Shown in pieces: positions 1-9,726 of a stretch of DNA of 24,000 nt; the stretch's first letter is position 1; every line of letters starts with the position of its first letter. The notes below the pieces were generated by a model, which was not told the origin of the DNA, did not search any database, and saw nothing but the letters and a program-made list of their open reading frames with translations. Source of the DNA: Shewanella denitrificans OS217 (GTDB taxonomy: Bacteria; Pseudomonadota; Gammaproteobacteria; Enterobacterales; Shewanellaceae); contig NC_007954.1 in the NCBI RefSeq assembly GCF_000013765.1, positions 3,540,979 to 3,564,978 of the forward strand. The letters are read 5' to 3'. The translations under genes were made by a program, and so were the position numbers.

Positions 1-682
1 TGTAAGATTCCAATAGATCATCGTCCTGCTCAACAGCAGCTTCGATTAGCATTTCACGGTATTCTTCAACTAAGTCGACCATGTCTGCTGGTACGTCTTT
101 GATTTCGAAGTTTTCTGGTAAACCAGAGTCATCCCAAATGTGGGCTTTACGAGTAAGTAGGTCAACAACACCACAGAACTCGTCTTCGATACCGATTGGT
201 AGAACCATAACCAATGGGTTAGCAGCTAATACGTCTTTAGTTTGCTTAACAACACGTAAGAAGTCAGCACCCATACGGTCTAACTTGTTTACGAAGATGA
301 TACGGGCAACTTCTGAATCGTTAGCATAACGCCAGTTAGTTTCTGACTGAGGCTCAACACCACCAGAACCACAGAATACACCAACACCACCGTCAAGCAC
401 TTTAAGTGAACGGTATACTTCAACGGTGAAGTCAACGTGTCCGGGAGTGTCGATGACGTTAAAACGGTGGTCATTCCAGAAACAGCTTACTGCAGCTGAC
501 TGAATAGTAATACCGCGCTCAGCTTCCTGTACCATGAAGTCTGTCGTAGATTCACCATCGTGAACTTCACCGATCTTGTGGATCTTACCGGTTAGCTTAA
601 GGATACGCTCGGTGGTCGTGGTTTTACCCGCGTCAACGTGAGCGAAGATACCAATGTTTCTGTATTTGGATAATTCGGTCAT
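1..682 (-). CDS. fusB: Elongation factor G paralogue (EF-G 2 type), N-terminal GTPase domain; the 3' part of the gene lies beyond the window start
   Basis: Own translation of the minus strand from the ATG at 682: [65 protein letters not shown]...[22 protein letters not shown]...[17 protein letters not shown]. It carries the G1 (AHVDAGKT), G3 (DTPGH) and G4 (NKLD) motifs of EF-G. It is absent from the ORF track because it runs off the window. Confidence 0.9.
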   Translation of the reverse strand, partial: MTELSKYRNIGIFAHVDAGKTTTTERILKLTGKIHKIGEVHDGESTTDFMVQEAERGITIQSAAVSCFWNDHRFNVIDTPGHVDFTVEVYRSLKVLDGGVGVFCGSGGVEPQSETNWRYANDSEVARIIFVNKLDRMGADFLRVVKQTKDVLAANPLVMVLPIGIEDEFCGVVDLLTRKAHIWDDSGLPENFEIKDVPADMVDLVEEYREMLIEAAVEQDDDLLESY

Positions 683-1840
683 GATTCAACTTTAATGATT
701 AGTTTAAGAAGTAGACGGAGCATGCGAAAAAGAACCGACACACCGCACATCAGGTTATTAAGGCGCATATTGTAAATTGGAACCTTGCTGGGCGCAAACT
801 GCTCTTGCAATATTTATCTATATTTAGTGAAAAAAAGGCCAAAATATGGCACATAATCATTTAAATTCAATAGAGTAAAAAATAACTGATTATTTTTCAC
901 TCTAAATGGCTTTGAGGATTTTTTTTCAGCTTTTGTAGCTATGATTTGTACATCAAGACTCAATTTGGTGATTAATCCAGCTCTAGGTTAAAAATCAACC
1001 GCTTTTGTATCGATGCAAGTTTGATTCCGGCCTCCATCTTTCGCTCGATAAAGCGCTTTATCGGCTCTGTCTAAGCACATCAAAATAGACTCGTTAGCTT
1101 CACGTTGTGCCACACCGAAGCTACAGGTGATTTTTACGCCGTCAGTGAATTGAGTTTGTTGAATTTGAATGGCTAATCTTTGACAGAGTTCACAGGCACT
1201 TTGGAGAGCTAACTTAGGGCACAATATGATAAATTCTTCACCGCCCCAGCGAGTAACAACGTCAGAGCCTCGTACTGTATTGATCAATAATTCGGCCAAC
1301 TTAGCTAGCACAATATCACCCGTGTTATGGCCAAAGTTATCATTGATAAGTTTAAAATAGTCCACATCCATAATGATCAAGCACATGGGTTCAACATTAT
1401 TTTCATCTTGCTTTTTGTCTATGTATTGGCTGTTGAAATAATGCCTGTTGTAGAGCTTAGTCAAAGGGTCGTGGGCTGACAGGAAGTCAAGCTGCTGATT
1501 TTTTCTCTCTAGGTTGCCCCTAAGTTCTTCGAGTTGTTTATTCTTTACTTCCAACGCTTGAGAATAAATTTTGATATTGTAATTTCGAAGCATAAGCACA
1601 AAAATTATTGCCGCTAAGATACCTAAAATTTGTATCGCGACTTGATAATCAATGTCTTCGACAACCGACACATTGTTCCATTTATTGTATATGGCTAATC
1701 GTTGCTGCTCACTAATACCTCTTAACGCATAATTTAGCCTAGGTATCAGGTGTTGTAGCTCTTGGGTTATCCCATACCTGAGCTCATCCGCAGGCCCGCC
1801 CCAACCGGCAATTTTAAGTTCGGTTAACCCTCGTTGTTTA

Positions 1841-1849
1841 ATGTAAGTG
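1841..1849. repeat. 9-bp target-site duplication, left copy (ATGTAAGTG)
   Basis: Identical to 3168-3176 and directly abutting the IS end. Confidence 0.9.
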
Positions 1850-1870
1850 CTGGCGGATCCCCTCATAATT
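1850..1870. repeat. IS terminal inverted repeat (transposase 3' end side)
   Basis: CTGGCGGATCCCCTCATAATT read directly from the sequence; it pairs with 3147-3167. Confidence 0.85.
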
Positions 1871-3065
1871 TAGGTCTGCCAGCGGTATGAACCAGTTTGA
1901 TATATTCGTTTAATGCCCAGTAAATTATCGATGCTTTTAGTGTGTATTTTGGCCTTCGCCGCACTTCTTTTCCTAATCTTACAACGGATAATACAGCGCG
2001 ATATTTGATGCTGTTAGCTTGGAAATCCTTCTGCCAGCCAAGATGCCTCGCGGCTATGCCTATACACCACAACAGTATTTCTGCCAGCATAGCGATAAGC
2101 AACAATACATCATATCGCTTTGGACACCGACTGCGACTTTGCCTCAATCCCATGCCATATTGTGGGCTTTTTAAATCCCGAAAGGTTTCTTCAATTTGCA
2201 TGCGTTTAGCATATAGCTCAACCACTTTTGCTGGATTGAAGTATTCAGGCGGTAAGTTGGTCGCCAGCAGCCACGGCTCCTTACTGCCTAAGCGATAACT
2301 CTTTTGTGCGGTGTGGTTTCGGCCCGTTTTTGAAGAGCGCTTATCTTTACGTAATTTGGACTTAGCCTTAAATAGATGTAAATGGCAGCTTAGCGGTGAT
2401 TTACGTGCAAGCTGAACATTACCTATGTATTTAGCGGTTGAGTTTGCTTTTGAGTAGAGTGATTTATTTGAATGCCAAGTGGTTTGCCCGTGGTGCATAA
2501 AGCTTACATCGCCTCGCACTCTGCCAAGCCAGAACCAGCCATAGCGCTCAACTTCCCTAAACCAGGTATTGCGATAGCCTGCATCGGTGACAATCAGAGG
2601 ACAACAACCTTGAGGTAAAACGTTGGCAAGTTCAGCGAGAAAAGCATTATGGCTGCGAGGTGCGTTGTAGTCCTCAAACAAGAAAGTCCGTTCATACAGA
2701 GTCACAGAGCGACCTTGAACGCTGATGGATGCGCGTAGCGTCATTATTCGAAGCTGTTCACGGACATCAGACCAATCGACGAGAATAATAGGCATAGGGT
2801 TTGCGCCACAAAGATAGCGAGCATGCCACTGATATATTGTTATTTTATCTTGAGCTAAGTGATAATTACCTAAGAGTCGGTCAATACGTTTAATGTTGTG
2901 TTTAGCTGCCACGGAGCCCGTAATATTACGACCAAGCTGAGTAAGTGATAGTTGATTACCATCGAGGAGTGACTCAGTGGCAACCATCAGAGAATTAAGT
3001 CGTTTTTGGTGTATTTGAGGGCATTGTTTTTTGATTAAATCGTGTAAGATATGGATATCACGCAT
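1863..3065 (-). CDS. IS10-like DDE transposase (400 aa)
   Basis: The ORF-track protein contains the blocks HNIKRIDRLLGN, ILVDWSD, VTDAGY, EPWLLATNLP and YAKRMQIEETFRDLKSPQYGMGLRQSR. These match the IS10 transposase (402 aa) and its DDE residues as I recall them. Confidence 0.92.
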   Translation of the reverse strand: MRDIHILHDLIKKQCPQIHQKRLNSLMVATESLLDGNQLSLTQLGRNITGSVAAKHNIKRIDRLLGNYHLAQDKITIYQWHARYLCGANPMPIILVDWSDVREQLRIMTLRASISVQGRSVTLYERTFLFEDYNAPRSHNAFLAELANVLPQGCCPLIVTDAGYRNTWFREVERYGWFWLGRVRGDVSFMHHGQTTWHSNKSLYSKANSTAKYIGNVQLARKSPLSCHLHLFKAKSKLRKDKRSSKTGRNHTAQKSYRLGSKEPWLLATNLPPEYFNPAKVVELYAKRMQIEETFRDLKSPQYGMGLRQSRSRCPKRYDVLLLIAMLAEILLWCIGIAARHLGWQKDFQANSIKYRAVLSVVRLGKEVRRRPKYTLKASIIYWALNEYIKLVHTAGRPKL

Positions 3066-3146
3066 GGTGTTAGATCTAGTAGGTTTTTGGCGAAATTGAT
3101 TAGATCAGATAGCACCATGCGTGTCTACTAAATTGAAAATAAAAGC

Positions 3147-3167
3147 AATTATCAGGGGATTCCCTAG
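3147..3167. repeat. IS terminal inverted repeat (transposase 5' end side)
   Basis: The reverse complement reads CTAGGGAATCCCCTGATAATT; it pairs with 1850-1870. Confidence 0.85.
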
Positions 3168-3176
3168 ATGTAAGTG
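3168..3176. repeat. 9-bp target-site duplication, right copy (ATGTAAGTG)
   Basis: Identical to 1841-1849 and directly abutting the IS end. It encodes the duplicated T-Y-I residues of the split gene. Confidence 0.9.
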
Positions 3177-3995
3177 TTAACTGACAGCATGGAACCTACA
3201 AAAACATCCACATCACCCTGAGCTACTCTCTCTAAGCCTTCTTTCTCATTATCAACAAGGATTAACTTAACCTGTGGGTAATGGCGCTGAACATATTCAA
3301 CTAATTGATACCCTGCTGGTATGGCTAAACTTCTATCACCGATATTCTCAAAACCTTGTAAAAAGGGCTGTGACTTTAGTGACACTAATACATTGGGAGC
3401 TTCAAAATAAATATCACTGAAGAGTAAGAATCGCTCCCTGTCTGACGTCTTATTAAGGAACGGGGTCATACCGCATTTACCTTGCTGTAAATAGGCCAAG
3501 GTTTGAGGCCAATCATCAGTGACAACCAGCTCAAATTTATAGCCAGTTTTATGTGCGACTAACTGTAAGTAATCAGCTGAGATACCAACATGTTTCCCAT
3601 TAATGATTGCTTCATAGGGAAGCCAATTTGGATCAATGCAATAGGGTATGACTACTGGGGTTGAGAGCTTGGGGGATGCAGGAATAGCAAGGGCTGCTGC
3701 GCTTATGAAGAGACCCAAAAGAGCCAAAGCACTAATAAAGTGATTAATGAAACCATGACCAGTATGGGAAATATTCACCTTACTCCTTACACAAGGATAA
3801 TCGCTGTTTCAAAAGAATATACTCTGTTGCGTCAATAGCAATGCTCTGTATTTATTTTGAACACCTTCCCCTTAATGATAGCTATCCAATGTTAACTGGG
3901 CCTTACCCACACATGAACTACTATAGGTGATATCAAAGCCGCTATTAGCCGGAATGCTGCCCGCGGTAATATGATGCTCAGCTTAAAAAGTAGTT

Positions 3996-4027
3996 AAAAA
4001 AATGCCCACCATAAGGCGGGCATTTTC
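3996..4027 (-). terminator. Rho-independent terminator downstream of the fused carboxylase gene
   Basis: The minus strand reads AAAATGCCCGCC-TTAT-GGTGGGCAT followed by TTTTTTT. This is a 9-bp GC-rich stem plus a U tract. A second small hairpin (GCAGTG-CTAAC-CACTGC, 4038-4054) lies just upstream of it. Confidence 0.7.
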
Positions 4028-4072
4028 TATTCTAAATGCAGTGCTAACCACTGCCCTGCACATAAGCTGGTT

Positions 4073-7000
4073 TTAGTTTTCTACCGGCGAAATAACAAAC
4101 AATAAATCGCCTTGTGAGACCTGCTGACCGTTACTATTGAGAATACGCTCAATACGGTACTTTTGATCTTCAGGGTAAAGTACCGCGCTCTGTCTGTTAA
4201 AGCCTGCTAAGTTCACCTGAGAGAACATCTTCATAGCTTCTGTTAACGCCAATGTCTGCTCTACTGTGACTATATCGCCTTCTTTAACGAAGTCCGCTTC
4301 ACCCGGTGCTGGAGAGGTGTAGAAAATGCCTGCACCTTGTGCCAATACTTTCAACTCATTACTCTCACCAACGCGTAAGGATTCAGTATCCACAGCTTCA
4401 GTGTCTGCTGCCGCTTCCATTTCGGCAATAAGAGCTGGGATATCCAGTTCAGCCATTAAGCGCGGTAAATAGTTAGTGTCATACACGCCTTCATTGAATG
4501 TGGCATCACTTAAGATCAGCTTCAATAATGGAATGTTGGTGGCAATACCACGAATAACAACACTATCTAAATAGTCATACATCTTCTTGACGACATCAGG
4601 CCTATCTTTGCCACGTATGATTATCTGTGCGATTAAGCTGTCATAATATGGCGAGACTTCTTTGCCAGAATCTGCGATAGAGATAATTTCCACATCATCA
4701 CGTTCTGGTAAAATACACTCAGAAATTTTACCAGGGTTGGGGATTAGCTGCAGTATGCCATGACTATCGAGGGCCGCTTTTTCAGCAGTCACTCGCACTT
4801 CCATCGCATAACCTTGCTCGACAGGTTCAAGCTTCTCAATTGAGCGACCCGCTGCAATGTCAAACTGAGCACTCACGATATCGATACCCGATGTCGCTTC
4901 TGTTACTGGATGCTCAACTTGCAAGCGAGTGTTCATTTCCATGAAGTACACTTCATTGGCATCTAAGTTATAGATAAACTCAACGGTACCAGCCCCCATG
5001 TAATCGGTGGCATCACCAAGAGCACGGGTATATTCGAGCACTTGCTGCTTAAGCGCTTCGGGCAGCATGGTAGAACCAGACTCTTCAATGACTTTCTGGT
5101 TATTTCGCTGCACAGAGCAATCACGAATACCCAGCACTTTAGTATTGCCAAACTTATCACGCAGTAACTGCACTTCGATATGACGAAGTGATGTCACGTA
5201 CTTTTCTAAGTACAAGTCGCCATTACCAAATGCGGCAGCCGCTTCGGTGGCCGTCTTTTGGAATAGGCCTATCATGTCTTCAGGACGCTTAACGACTTGA
5301 ATACCTTTACCGCCACCACCTTGCACCGCTTTAAGTAACACGGGGTAGCCGATTTCTGTTGCCACATTAACCGCTTGCTCAGCATTAGTTAAAATGCCAT
5401 GAGATCCTGGCACTACCGGCACATTTTGCTCTTGCGAGGTTTTAATCGCATTGGACTTGTTACCCATGGTCGTCATCGAGTGCACGCTTGGTCCAACGAA
5501 ATTCACACCATTATTGACGCATAACGCCGCAAATTGTGGGCTTTCTGATAAGAAACCAATACCTGGGTGAAGTGCATCAACCTCTTCATATTCGGCCACT
5601 TTGAGGACTGAATAAGCGTTTAGATAACTCTCGTCTGAGGTGTTACCTCCAAGACATACCAGCTTATCGCCTTCTTTAAGCATATCGGCTGGCACGGCTG
5701 TCATATCTGGATCTGAGGCCACCAATACCACATTGATACCGTTATCATGGGCCTTACGGATAAGTTTAACTGCTGTACAGCCACGGGCGTGGATCAACAC
5801 CTTTTTAATCGGCTTCATCAACTTGCGTGGGTCGCTTTGCACTATCTCATCAGTTTCTTCAACCACTTCAGCCGCTAAGCTAGATAAGGATTTAGCAATC
5901 ACATCCTCAACTTTAAGGTTAGAAATCGGCATTAATGGATCAATACCCGCGAGCAATGAATCTAAGTTATCGCTAAATGGATTCAGCACAAGACCCGCCA
6001 TGGCTCCCGGTACTTTAGACAAGTAGTTAGACAAGGTCGCCGTCGAAGGTAAATAGGCTGGCACTACCATTTGGCCGGCAAATGGCATATTTGTGCCTGA
6101 CAAATAATAGGTTTGCACTAATGGATGAGTAACAAAACTTGCCTGTGCACCACCGGTACAGTCACCAAAGCCAAACATCAACACGGGTAATTCATTATCA
6201 CGAATGAAACGGGTAATGCGATCATTCACTACAGCCATAGAGAATAACGCTGCGGCACCTTCTTTGGTCTGCATACCACCTGAGCTGATAAAACAAATCA
6301 CAGGAAGCCTGCGCTTAGCACATTCAATTAATAGCGCACTGAACTTCTCAGCGCTGGCCATATCGAACGCACCCGCCTGGAAGGCCGTATTAGACACTGC
6401 CAAGCCCACACGTAACTTGTTGCCTTCATGAGTAAAGTCAGCAAGTCCTGTGATAAGGCCACAAGGACGGATTTTCTTGTCTATTGCATCTTCAATTGAT
6501 AAACGGAAACCAGGGAAGTTCAGTAAATTAGCCGACATCTTATCGCCATCAATCTCATCGAAATGAGTAAAGAATTTGGCAATAATATTCTCCCAGCCCA
6601 TGGCGCCTTTTTTCTTCTCGTCACGCAACACCTTTTGGATCAACAAATCTTGATAACCCATGGTTAAACGGTTCCAGAAATCCTTACGACGACCAATACG
6701 TACTGGATTAATCGTGCCAGTGTACTTGTCGTGATCATCTTCGCTGTCAAAATACTCGGGTAATAAACGCTCAAAGAAATACGTTAACACGACGAATAAA
6801 CTATCGTTTAACTGTGGGAAACCCACGCTCTTCCACTGTTCAACACGGGTTAATAAATCGGCACGGTTCGACTGTGACATAAAATACTTAAGCCACTTGT
6901 AGAACTTGCTCTTATCTCCCGCCTGTTTGTGAGTGGATAATGCATTATCGATAGATTTGTGCAGCAGTTTATCAACCGAAGCACGGGACAGGCTTTTGGC

Positions 7001-8626
7001 CATCATGGCTTCTTTAGATATCGAGGCTAAATTAGCCACTACACCATCATATAATTCGTTGAAGATAAGGATATTGTGGCATTGCCAAATAAAGTCTTCA
7101 CGCAATTCATCATTCACAATCACATCAAGCACTGTGAGCTGATTCAGCTCAGGCCAAGGCGCTTTTGTTTTCTCGCTGGGTAATGACTCAAGATGCTTAA
7201 TCAGGCCTTTAAAGTTATTGCCTGCGTTGCTCTTCCATCTGTGATAAAGAGACCAACTCACATTAAATAACAGTGCTTTACGGGCTTTTTTATAATTCTC
7301 TTTAGGTTCACCTAAAATAAACCGAGTGATCACATTGCGCTCGGTAGAAATTTCACTTCGCTTGGCAGCAAAATGAACCCAAAGTTTATTTAATTCCTCG
7401 TCATAAACGAGTTTATCTGGATTTGAAAGCCATGCATGGAACACGCGTTCCTGCTCTTGCTTAATACGCTCAAGCAAATCACCTTCAGGCACACTTACCT
7501 TTGAAAGACGACCATACTGCTCTTGAGAAATAGAATGGATACGACTTCTTAGGGTTAAATAACGTAAATAACGGTAGGCGCTGCCGAATAAGTTATGGTG
7601 TGCAGTAGGGCTATCGGCAACCGCTAAACCAGAGTTACTCTCTAGATTTAATAATCCTTTAGAAGGATTTAAGAAGCGCTCTAAGCTGCGATCATAATGT
7701 TCACGTAAATCAGTAGACTCTCGAACAAAATTGACAGCTGCCTTTTCAACGGCTTCAATACCGCTGACAATGGCACGGCGCAGATTGTGCTGACGTTCAT
7801 CGCGATCAGATGGCGAGAAATCAACAATGCCGTCGATGCAACCTGAGTGGTAGAGTTCCTCTGGAGATACGCCTACAGATTTGGCGCATTCCTGCCAAGA
7901 CAGGTTGTATTTACGTGCGATGCTCTGTAATCCCTGAGGCTGGATGGTATTAAAAATACCGTCACGTAAAGACAATAGAATGTTTGCCGCCGCTAAAGGG
8001 ATGGCGCCACCAGAATAGCCAGCACCGATAACGATACCCACGGTTGGCACGTCGACGTTGGCAGATTCTGCGATCGCCTTAGAAATACTATGAGCCTGAT
8101 TTTGACTGTTCGCTATCTCACCCGCGTCCGCCCCTGGGGTATCAATAAGATACACTATAGGCATAGACAATTCTGCGAAGTGACGAATCGCTTTACAGCA
8201 GGCGATATGATGCTCTGGCATCCAGGCACCATTGGCAGTGGTACGCTCTTGAGCAATGAAGCCAACTCTGCGGGTACGAGAGCCGAAATTAAGCTCAACT
8301 TCAGCACGATAAAAAGGCCCTAGGTGGATTTCACTTATGAGCTTACCTTTTAAATCGGCAATGATACGTTTAGCGCCTGGTCGGCTCTTATCTTGTGTCG
8401 GTTGGATCACTTTATTGACATAACCGTCTACATCTAATGCAGCTAAACTTTTTAAGTTTACTTGAATAGCATCATCAGATAACAAACCTTTAATTTCTTC
8501 AGCCAAACTTTGTTTGCTGTGAGCAGGAAATAAAGAAAAATCTTTTGCCAGATGCTCAGCTTGTAAAAAAAGTGGATCTGGGCTTGGTACTTGAGTCATG
8601 TGTTTGGGCTGTTTTTTGCTGGTCAT
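4073..8626 (-). CDS. Multidomain biotin-dependent carboxylase on one 1517-aa chain: carboxyltransferase alpha-like, carboxyltransferase beta-like, biotin carboxylase (ATP-grasp) and BCCP (AccADC type)
   Basis: An AccA-like block lies at about aa 120-240 (PIVYLIDTPGADAG...VIGAGYSGGAIPLAAAN). An AccD-like block lies at about aa 690-850 (PVICFISSGGMQTKEGAAALFSMA...GDCTGGAQASF). The biotin carboxylase part has a glycine-rich loop (GYPVLLKAVQGGGGKGIQVV) and EMNTRLQVEHPVTE. The biotinylation motif EAMKM has its Lys codon at 4229-4231. A GAGGA Shine-Dalgarno lies 8 nt upstream of the ATG at 8626. Confidence 0.9.
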   Translation of the reverse strand: MTSKKQPKHMTQVPSPDPLFLQAEHLAKDFSLFPAHSKQSLAEEIKGLLSDDAIQVNLKSLAALDVDGYVNKVIQPTQDKSRPGAKRIIADLKGKLISEIHLGPFYRAEVELNFGSRTRRVGFIAQERTTANGAWMPEHHIACCKAIRHFAELSMPIVYLIDTPGADAGEIANSQNQAHSISKAIAESANVDVPTVGIVIGAGYSGGAIPLAAANILLSLRDGIFNTIQPQGLQSIARKYNLSWQECAKSVGVSPEELYHSGCIDGIVDFSPSDRDERQHNLRRAIVSGIEAVEKAAVNFVRESTDLREHYDRSLERFLNPSKGLLNLESNSGLAVADSPTAHHNLFGSAYRYLRYLTLRSRIHSISQEQYGRLSKVSVPEGDLLERIKQEQERVFHAWLSNPDKLVYDEELNKLWVHFAAKRSEISTERNVITRFILGEPKENYKKARKALLFNVSWSLYHRWKSNAGNNFKGLIKHLESLPSEKTKAPWPELNQLTVLDVIVNDELREDFIWQCHNILIFNELYDGVVANLASISKEAMMAKSLSRASVDKLLHKSIDNALSTHKQAGDKSKFYKWLKYFMSQSNRADLLTRVEQWKSVGFPQLNDSLFVVLTYFFERLLPEYFDSEDDHDKYTGTINPVRIGRRKDFWNRLTMGYQDLLIQKVLRDEKKKGAMGWENIIAKFFTHFDEIDGDKMSANLLNFPGFRLSIEDAIDKKIRPCGLITGLADFTHEGNKLRVGLAVSNTAFQAGAFDMASAEKFSALLIECAKRRLPVICFISSGGMQTKEGAAALFSMAVVNDRITRFIRDNELPVLMFGFGDCTGGAQASFVTHPLVQTYYLSGTNMPFAGQMVVPAYLPSTATLSNYLSKVPGAMAGLVLNPFSDNLDSLLAGIDPLMPISNLKVEDVIAKSLSSLAAEVVEETDEIVQSDPRKLMKPIKKVLIHARGCTAVKLIRKAHDNGINVVLVASDPDMTAVPADMLKEGDKLVCLGGNTSDESYLNAYSVLKVAEYEEVDALHPGIGFLSESPQFAALCVNNGVNFVGPSVHSMTTMGNKSNAIKTSQEQNVPVVPGSHGILTNAEQAVNVATEIGYPVLLKAVQGGGGKGIQVVKRPEDMIGLFQKTATEAAAAFGNGDLYLEKYVTSLRHIEVQLLRDKFGNTKVLGIRDCSVQRNNQKVIEESGSTMLPEALKQQVLEYTRALGDATDYMGAGTVEFIYNLDANEVYFMEMNTRLQVEHPVTEATSGIDIVSAQFDIAAGRSIEKLEPVEQGYAMEVRVTAEKAALDSHGILQLIPNPGKISECILPERDDVEIISIADSGKEVSPYYDSLIAQIIIRGKDRPDVVKKMYDYLDSVVIRGIATNIPLLKLILSDATFNEGVYDTNYLPRLMAELDIPALIAEMEAAADTEAVDTESLRVGESNELKVLAQGAGIFYTSPAPGEADFVKEGDIVTVEQTLALTEAMKMFSQVNLAGFNRQSAVLYPEDQKYRIERILNSNGQQVSQGDLLFVISPVEN

Positions 8627-8750
8627 CTGTTGATCCTCTGCGTCGATAGCCTCTGAAATTTTTAGTCGGTAAATATAACTTTGTTAATAGGCTAATTACC
8701 ATTAAACTAGCTTGGACGCTATGTTCCATAAATGAGACAATGAGGCGAGA

Positions 8751-9662
8751 ATGCCAGATTTGAACGGTATGATGCTGTTTGCAGCGGTAGTAAGGGCTAA
8801 GGGTTTCTCTCAAGCGGCTCGAGAGGTCGGACAACCTAAGTCGACCATTAGTCGAAAAGTTGCTCAACTTGAGGAGCAATTAGGGGTCCGATTACTGCAA
8901 AGAGACACTCGAAATATCAGCCTAACGCAAGTAGGTGCACTATTTTTTCAACATTGTGATTCAATCAGCCAAGAAATAGAAGCTGCAAAAGCCATTATAG
9001 AAAACACTCACAACGATATTTCAGGCGCACTCAGAGTCGCCATTCCAGTGTCATTTTCCCAAGATGTTATTGCCAGTCTGTGCAGCAACTTTATGCGACT
9101 TTATCCCAATATCGAGCTTGATATTCAGTTTACCGATAATGATGTCGGTTTAGTGGGTGAAGGTTATGATATCGCCATCAAGTACGGTCCACTGCAATCA
9201 TCGGACTTAGTCGCTAAGTTATTATTCGAGCGCCAACCCATTCTTGTGGCCAGCCCAAGTTACATTAAAAATCACGGTACTCCCGCGACACCCCAAGAGC
9301 TTGCACAACACAATGGCATTCTTTTAGGCACCACACTTTCAGCCCCCATTTGGCCACTGGGCAAAGGGGGGCGAAAAACCATGGCTACATTTAACCGCAA
9401 AGTCAGGGTGAATAGTGCCAGCATGGTAAAACGCTTAGCGATTGATGCCTATGGTATAGCCATGCTATCTAATACCAGTTGCAAGCAGGAACTCGCTTCA
9501 GGCGCCCTAGTGCCCATATTGCAGGAATGGCCGATGGAGCCGTTCAAAGTGTATGGGGTATATTCCAGTAGAAGGCAACTCGCTACTAACATCAGTGCAT
9601 TTTTAGAGTTTTTCGCTAAACGCTACGGTAGCCAAGAGTCATTACAATCTATGATGAGCTAA
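8751..9662 (+). CDS. LysR-family transcriptional regulator, divergent from the carboxylase gene
   Basis: The N-terminal wHTH is typical of LTTRs (LNGMMLFAAVVRAKGFSQAAREVGQPKSTISRKVAQLEEQLGVRLLQR). The size is 303 aa and a GAGG Shine-Dalgarno precedes the ATG. Confidence 0.9.
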   Translation: MPDLNGMMLFAAVVRAKGFSQAAREVGQPKSTISRKVAQLEEQLGVRLLQRDTRNISLTQVGALFFQHCDSISQEIEAAKAIIENTHNDISGALRVAIPVSFSQDVIASLCSNFMRLYPNIELDIQFTDNDVGLVGEGYDIAIKYGPLQSSDLVAKLLFERQPILVASPSYIKNHGTPATPQELAQHNGILLGTTLSAPIWPLGKGGRKTMATFNRKVRVNSASMVKRLAIDAYGIAMLSNTSCKQELASGALVPILQEWPMEPFKVYGVYSSRRQLATNISAFLEFFAKRYGSQESLQSMMS

Positions 9663-9696
9663 CAGAGCCCTCTGTAAATGGGCACAAGTGAATAAA

Positions 9697-9719
9697 AAAC
9701 CACTCATTAAGAGTGGTTT
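9697..9719. terminator. Hairpin between convergent genes (LysR regulator and the FapF-like gene), possible bidirectional terminator
   Basis: AAACCACTC-ATTAA-GAGTGGTTT, a 9-bp perfect stem flanked by an A run on one side and T/A-rich sequence on the other. Confidence 0.55.
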
Positions 9720-9726
9720 CAAAATA

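Larger units (their letters stand above)
1850..3167 (-). mobile_element. IS4-family, IS10-like insertion sequence (1318 bp)
   Basis: It has a single transposase ORF and imperfect 21-bp terminal inverted repeats (CTGGCGGATCCCCTCATAATT and CTAGGGAATCCCCTGATAATT, 17/21 identical). These resemble IS10 ends as I recall them (CTGAGAGATCCCCTCATAATT). It is flanked by a perfect 9-bp direct repeat, the duplication size typical of IS10. Confidence 0.92.
988..3778 (-). pseudogene. Diguanylate cyclase gene (signal/TM, periplasmic PBPb/SBP_bac_3-like domain, TM, coiled coil, GGDEF) split by an IS insertion; N-terminal fragment 3168-3778, C-terminal fragment 988-1849
   Basis: The N-terminal ORF ends ...GSMLSVNTYI and then hits a stop inside the IS. 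The C-terminal ORF reads (MRGSAS)TYIKQRGLTELK..., where the first six residues are IS-encoded. Removing the IS and one TSD copy gives 1464 nt, an in-frame 487-aa protein. The C-terminal part has an intact GGEEF active site and an RGSD (RxxD) I-site five residues upstream. Confidence 0.9.

Noticed and set aside
81-474. Short ORFs 81-329 (+) and 289-474 (-) at the window start
   Set aside because: Both lie within, and out of frame with or antisense to, the clearly recognisable EF-G coding sequence.
1942-2298. 118-aa plus-strand ORF inside the IS
   Set aside because: It is antisense to the transposase gene, and IS10-like elements are not known to encode a second protein there.
4963-8323. Several 65-128-aa ORFs (4963-5160, 5640-6026, 6204-6431, 6933-7142, 8090-8323) within the carboxylase gene
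   Set aside because: All are embedded in, or antisense to, a continuous 1517-codon ORF with strong domain motifs.
8660-8700. Imperfect palindrome GTTAATAGGCTAATTAC as a LysR T-N11-A box in the carboxylase/LysR divergent region
   Set aside because: Only 12 of 17 positions are self-complementary and the sequence is AT-rich. It is plausible but not supportable without comparative data.
8556-8879. 107-aa minus-strand ORF spanning the divergent promoter region and both gene starts
   Set aside because: It overlaps the 5' ends of two well-supported genes, has no Shine-Dalgarno and has odd composition. It is most likely a spurious ORF.
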